Assembly: GCA_030059675.1 (NCBI GenBank)
Contig: JANVYQ010000018.1
Coordinates: 1 to 19,984, forward strand
DNA from: Candidatus Pelearchaeum maunauluense
GTDB taxonomy: Archaea > Thermoproteota > Nitrososphaeria_A > Caldarchaeales > Caldarchaeaceae
Length of the DNA: 19,984 nt
Direction: 5' to 3'
Positions 16,925-19,984 of the stretch are shown here, piece after piece. The notes under the pieces were generated by a model. That model saw only the letters and a list, made by a program, of their open reading frames with translations. It was not told the origin of the DNA and did no database searches. The position numbers were made by a program, and so were the translations under genes. Within the stretch, counting starts at the first letter, position 1. Every line of letters begins with the position of its first letter.

Positions 16925-18550
16925 CTAGAGTGGCTTGCTTACGTAGGGGCCATCTCTCCTATATCCATTCTTGTAATAGTATTCTCTCACTCCCACGCCG
17001 CTTATCACAACCAGCTTCTTCATGTTGAACTCCTCGCGCGCTATTCTTTCAGCTTCTGCCAAAAGCCGCCTACCATAACCACGATGCTGTTGTGAGAAGA
17101 GACTAGGCCTCTCCCCCACTGGCGTTAAGTGCCCATACACGTGCAGCTCTCTAACCAGCGCAGCTCCCCTTAGTTCAGGTCTGAGCGCCCTTGGCGGTAT
17201 TCTAACACGTATGAACCCTATAAGAGCGTCGTGTTTTATTTCGTCTATTGATATAAAGCACTCAACACCTCCCGAAGCTTCGTAATATATCTTATTAAGA
17301 GCTATTCTTGAGTAGTCTGGCGTAAATTTCTCACGTCTCATTTTATGACCTATTTCTCTACATCTTATACACTCGCACCTCATGCCCTGTTTCGCCATAT
17401 AATCTTCAACTGCCTGCCTGAGATTTGGAATCTTATTACCATCAACGGTGGTGTTTAACGGTATCTCACGCTGTATGCGCTGAACCCTGACATACCGCGG
17501 TACATTAGCTAGGCATCTTGCTAAGAGCTTGATAAGCTCCTCATCGCTATACGGCTTATGCTTACCTTCTCGCCAGAGCTTGTAAAGACCAGTCCGCGGA
17601 AGAACTAGGGTGGGATAAATCTTTAGGTGGTCTGGTCTAAAACGGTCATCTTCAAAGAGCTGTTTAAACATTTCATAGTCCTTCTCTAGCGTTGAGCCTG
17701 GTAGATTGGGCATTACGTGGTAGCCGACTTTAAAGGCTAGGTCCTTAAGGTCAGCCGTTGCTTGGATAACGTCCTTCAGCGTATGGCCGCGGTTTGTTAT
17801 TCTGTATATCTCATCGTCAAGAGCTTGTACGCCTAGCTCAACGCGTGTCACGCCCATTTCCAACATTATGTTACCGTGTTCAGCTTTTCCCCAGTCGGGT
17901 TTTGTCTCGACGAGCATACCTGATACCCTGACGGGGGCTTTTTCGGCATATTCTAAAGCGTTGTCTAAATCTGGAGAATTATACCCGTTTAGGGCGTCTA
18001 GGCAACGTTTTATAAAGGTTCTCTGGAATTCAAGGGGCATTGCTGTGAATGTCCCACCGATTATTATGACCTCAACTTTGTCTACGGGATGCCCCATCTC
18101 TCTTAGTTGTTTTATCTTCTGCCTAACCTGCATGTAGGGGTCGTACATAACCCGTAGAGCCGCCTTCACAGCCTCCTCGTTGCCAGTATAGCTCTGGGGG
18201 GTTCCCTCCACGATACCACCTGGACAGTATATACATCTTCCATGAGGACATGCATATACTGGAGCTACAACCGTTATAACAGCCACTCCAGATATTGTCT
18301 TCACGAGCTTCTTTCTCAGCAGCGTGGAGAGCCTCTCTCGATCTTCTCCGTTTATCGTTGAGAGAATCTCTGTGTTGCTGGGTATCTTTTTGAGTTGCAA
18401 TTCTTTTGCGAGAATTATCTTTAGACGTTGTGCTTCTTCTGGAGTTTTGGGATTCAGCTCCAGCAGTAGAGCTGCCAGCCTATCCAATCCTTCATTTTTC
18501 TGATGTTGGGCCAGCTCCAAGGGCTTCCTCATGATGGGTTTTAGAACCAC
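16925..18550 (-). CDS. elp3: Elp3 tRNA uridine(34) acetyltransferase (radical SAM + GNAT)
   Basis: SGVAVI, CPHGRCIYCPGG, PQSYTG, GGTF, ETKPD, KIYPTLV, RIQRE, CIRCRE, RELHVYG, QHRGYG, ISGVGVREYY. Confidence 0.97.
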   Translation of the reverse strand: MVLKPIMRKPLELAQHQKNEGLDRLAALLLELNPKTPEEAQRLKIILAKELQLKKIPSNTEILSTINGEDRERLSTLLRKKLVKTISGVAVITVVAPVYACPHGRCIYCPGGIVEGTPQSYTGNEEAVKAALRVMYDPYMQVRQKIKQLREMGHPVDKVEVIIIGGTFTAMPLEFQRTFIKRCLDALNGYNSPDLDNALEYAEKAPVRVSGMLVETKPDWGKAEHGNIMLEMGVTRVELGVQALDDEIYRITNRGHTLKDVIQATADLKDLAFKVGYHVMPNLPGSTLEKDYEMFKQLFEDDRFRPDHLKIYPTLVLPRTGLYKLWREGKHKPYSDEELIKLLARCLANVPRYVRVQRIQREIPLNTTVDGNKIPNLRQAVEDYMAKQGMRCECIRCREIGHKMRREKFTPDYSRIALNKIYYEASGGVECFISIDEIKHDALIGFIRVRIPPRALRPELRGAALVRELHVYGHLTPVGERPSLFSQQHRGYGRRLLAEAERIAREEFNMKKLVVISGVGVREYYYKNGYRRDGPYVSKPL

Positions 18551-18554
18551 TTAA

Positions 18555-19562
18555 TTAATCCCTACCCATATTTGGCTTAAGCTCATCAACTAGCTTGGCT
18601 ATGCTTAGCAGCGCAGACCTAGGGCGCGGCCCCCACGGCCCCCCGAAGACGACATGCGTAAATCCCTGGGTAAGAAGCTCGTCTATAAAATCACGAAGCT
18701 CCGCTACGGTTCCGTAGAAGCTAAATACTCTTATCCACTCATCCCTAGCCACGCTATATAGCCTGTCCCAATCTCCGCGAATAAGCAGACTCCGTACTAA
18801 GTTTCTCTCCTCATCAGATACGCCAATCTCACTTAGCAGAGCGTTGTTTGTGCCTGCCATGAGATAGGCCGCAAACGGGATTGCAGTTTTACGTGCCTTC
18901 GCTGTGTCTTCGTGTATAGATATTATGAGGTGTGCTCCTATATCAAAACCTTGCCGCGATGAAGCTATAGGTTTTACCGTATTGATAGCCTCTTTAAGCC
19001 TGTCTAAATTAGTCCAGTTTATCAAAACTCCGTCGGCATTAGAAGCTGACATCATCAACATGCGTTTTCCCTGCGCGCCGACATAGATTGGCACATCACC
19101 AGATTTCTTAGTCTCCAACTTTGCAGAAGAAAAACAGAGAATGCCATCGTGTGAGGTGAGTTCTTCTCCTGCTAAGAGTCGGCGTATGGCGTGTATGGAT
19201 TCTCTAACTTTATCAACAGGATTCTCGCGTTTTATGCATAATCTAGCCAGCGAGGTCTCGTCTCCAGCTCCTATGGCCATGATGAGACGTTTGGGCGCTA
19301 TCTCCTCCAACGTAGCGATAGACTGCGCTATTATGGCAGGATGAATCACGTAAGGATTAACCACAGCGGGGCCAAGTAGGCATCTTGACGTCCAGTTGGC
19401 GATAACCGCGGTTGCTACGAATACGTTACGGTTAAAGAAGTGGTCGCTCAGCCATATAGCATCGAACCCAAGCCTATCCACAAGCGTCGCGTATATGCAT
19501 GTTCTCCATAAGGGGTCGCGCGGAACTATCTCCACCGAAAACCTCACGTTACCTACGCCCAA
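18555..19562 (-). CDS. mer: F420-dependent 5,10-methylene-H4MPT reductase (Mer)-like LLM-class oxidoreductase
   Basis: VRFSVEIVP, WLSDHFFNRN, GPAVVNPY, GAGD, PIYVGAQG..ML, ADGVLIN and GGPWGP resemble Mer motifs. GTG 19547, 1 nt after the upstream stop, is a plausible alternative start. LLM family is secure; Mer specificity is less so. Confidence 0.75.
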   Translation of the reverse strand: MGVGNVRFSVEIVPRDPLWRTCIYATLVDRLGFDAIWLSDHFFNRNVFVATAVIANWTSRCLLGPAVVNPYVIHPAIIAQSIATLEEIAPKRLIMAIGAGDETSLARLCIKRENPVDKVRESIHAIRRLLAGEELTSHDGILCFSSAKLETKKSGDVPIYVGAQGKRMLMMSASNADGVLINWTNLDRLKEAINTVKPIASSRQGFDIGAHLIISIHEDTAKARKTAIPFAAYLMAGTNNALLSEIGVSDEERNLVRSLLIRGDWDRLYSVARDEWIRVFSFYGTVAELRDFIDELLTQGFTHVVFGGPWGPRPRSALLSIAKLVDELKPNMGRD

Positions 19563-19794
19563 CCCGCCTGTACCTCCTCAGTATCTTCTCAGTCTTTTCC
19601 GGCTCGCATCTTCTTGCGGCTTTTAGAACCGCTCTATACCCTCTCTCAGTATAGAGCTTTCGCGCGTGTATGAGACGCGCGAGTTCCCAGCCTACTTCGT
19701 CGCGCACAAGTGAGGGGTTCACTGATGCTAATACTATCTCCAGCAACTCCTCCAGCAGTACGCGTTTCCTTCTACTCAGCATATCCTCTCCCAT
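19549..19794 (-). CDS. Small basic helical hypothetical protein (77-81 aa)
   Basis: Amphipathic helical pattern; ATG 19782 is preceded by GGGAGAGG; stop abuts or overlaps the mer start; TATA-like TTTTAA upstream. Confidence 0.65.
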   Translation of the reverse strand: MGEDMLSRRKRVLLEELLEIVLASVNPSLVRDEVGWELARLIHARKLYTERGYRAVLKAARRCEPEKTEKILRRYRRVGRR

Positions 19795-19810
19795 GCCACG
19801 GTTGAGGAAC

Positions 19811-19820
19811 GATTAAAAGC
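19811..19820. promoter_or_regulatory. Candidate shared TATA element of a divergent promoter
   Basis: GATTAAAAGC reads TTAAAA on + (about 25 nt before GTG 19843) and TTTTAA on - (about 30 nt before ATG 19782). Confidence 0.45.
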
Positions 19821-19842
19821 CTCACATTAGCCGTATCTTGCC

Positions 19843-19984
19843 GTGAAGCCCTACATCTCCAACAAGGCGAAGCTATATGGTATGGTGCTGGAGGGCGCGG
19901 TAATATTAGGGCCGAGCAGAATTGGCTCAGACTCCCTAATTGATAACGGGGCTGTGGTGGGCTATCCATCTAGGCAGAAGCTAC
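19843..19984 (+). CDS. Hexapeptide-repeat (left-handed beta-helix) acyl/acetyltransferase, 5' fragment
   Basis: Manual translation from GTG 19843: MKPYISNKAKLYGMVLEGAVILGPSRIGSDSLIDNGAVVGYPSRQKL..., open to the edge, with [LIV]-G-x4-like hexapeptide periodicity. Not in the ORF track. Confidence 0.75.
   Translation, partial: MKPYISNKAKLYGMVLEGAVILGPSRIGSDSLIDNGAVVGYPSRQKL

Noticed and set aside
2935-19626. Numerous 60-120 aa ORFs opposite or within lig, mptA/E, ileS, mat, nucS, the GTs, elp3 and mer
   Set aside because: Fully overlap well-supported genes and have shadow-like, Ser-rich composition.
19772-19969. 65-aa minus-strand ORF (MDSPPQ...)
   Set aside because: Antisense to the hexapeptide-repeat frame and covers the divergent promoter; no protein-like motif.
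1-19984. CRISPR arrays, tRNA/rRNA genes, IS elements, inteins
   Set aside because: All intergenic gaps are about 120 nt or less, with no periodic repeats or cloverleaf; lig, ileS and elp3 have normal lengths without insertions.

Overview
Archaeal chromosomal window, densely coding and mostly housekeeping. The gene set and signals (archaeal ATP-dependent ligase, archaeal MAT, Sm/Lsm, NucS, Elp3, MptA/MptE, frequent TTG/GTG starts, GGTGA-type RBS) suggest a probably thermophilic TACK archaeon, possibly Nitrososphaeria/Aigarchaeota-like; this is inference. Left to right: a >898-aa membrane-anchored surface protein with ~10 tandem beta-rich repeats (minus strand, runs off the left edge, absent from the ORF track); a coiled-coil hypothetical; lig; a divergent pterin cluster (mptG-like RFA-P synthase <- -> mptA, mptE); ileS; a membrane protein with four CxxC motifs; Sm/Lsm; mat; a tightly packed convergent six-gene run (81-aa hypothetical, mer-like reductase, elp3, GT87-like and PMT-like GT-C glycosyltransferases, nucS); and the 5' end of a hexapeptide-repeat acyltransferase (also absent from the track). 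I saw no tRNA, rRNA, CRISPR, mobile element or intein. Best leads: methanopterin/modified-folate genes plus mer in an apparent non-methanogen, a probable CTG start overlapping the upstream stop, a GT-C glycosylation pair embedded in the mer-elp3-nucS run, and several palindromic operator candidates. No clearly novel system can be proven from sequence alone.
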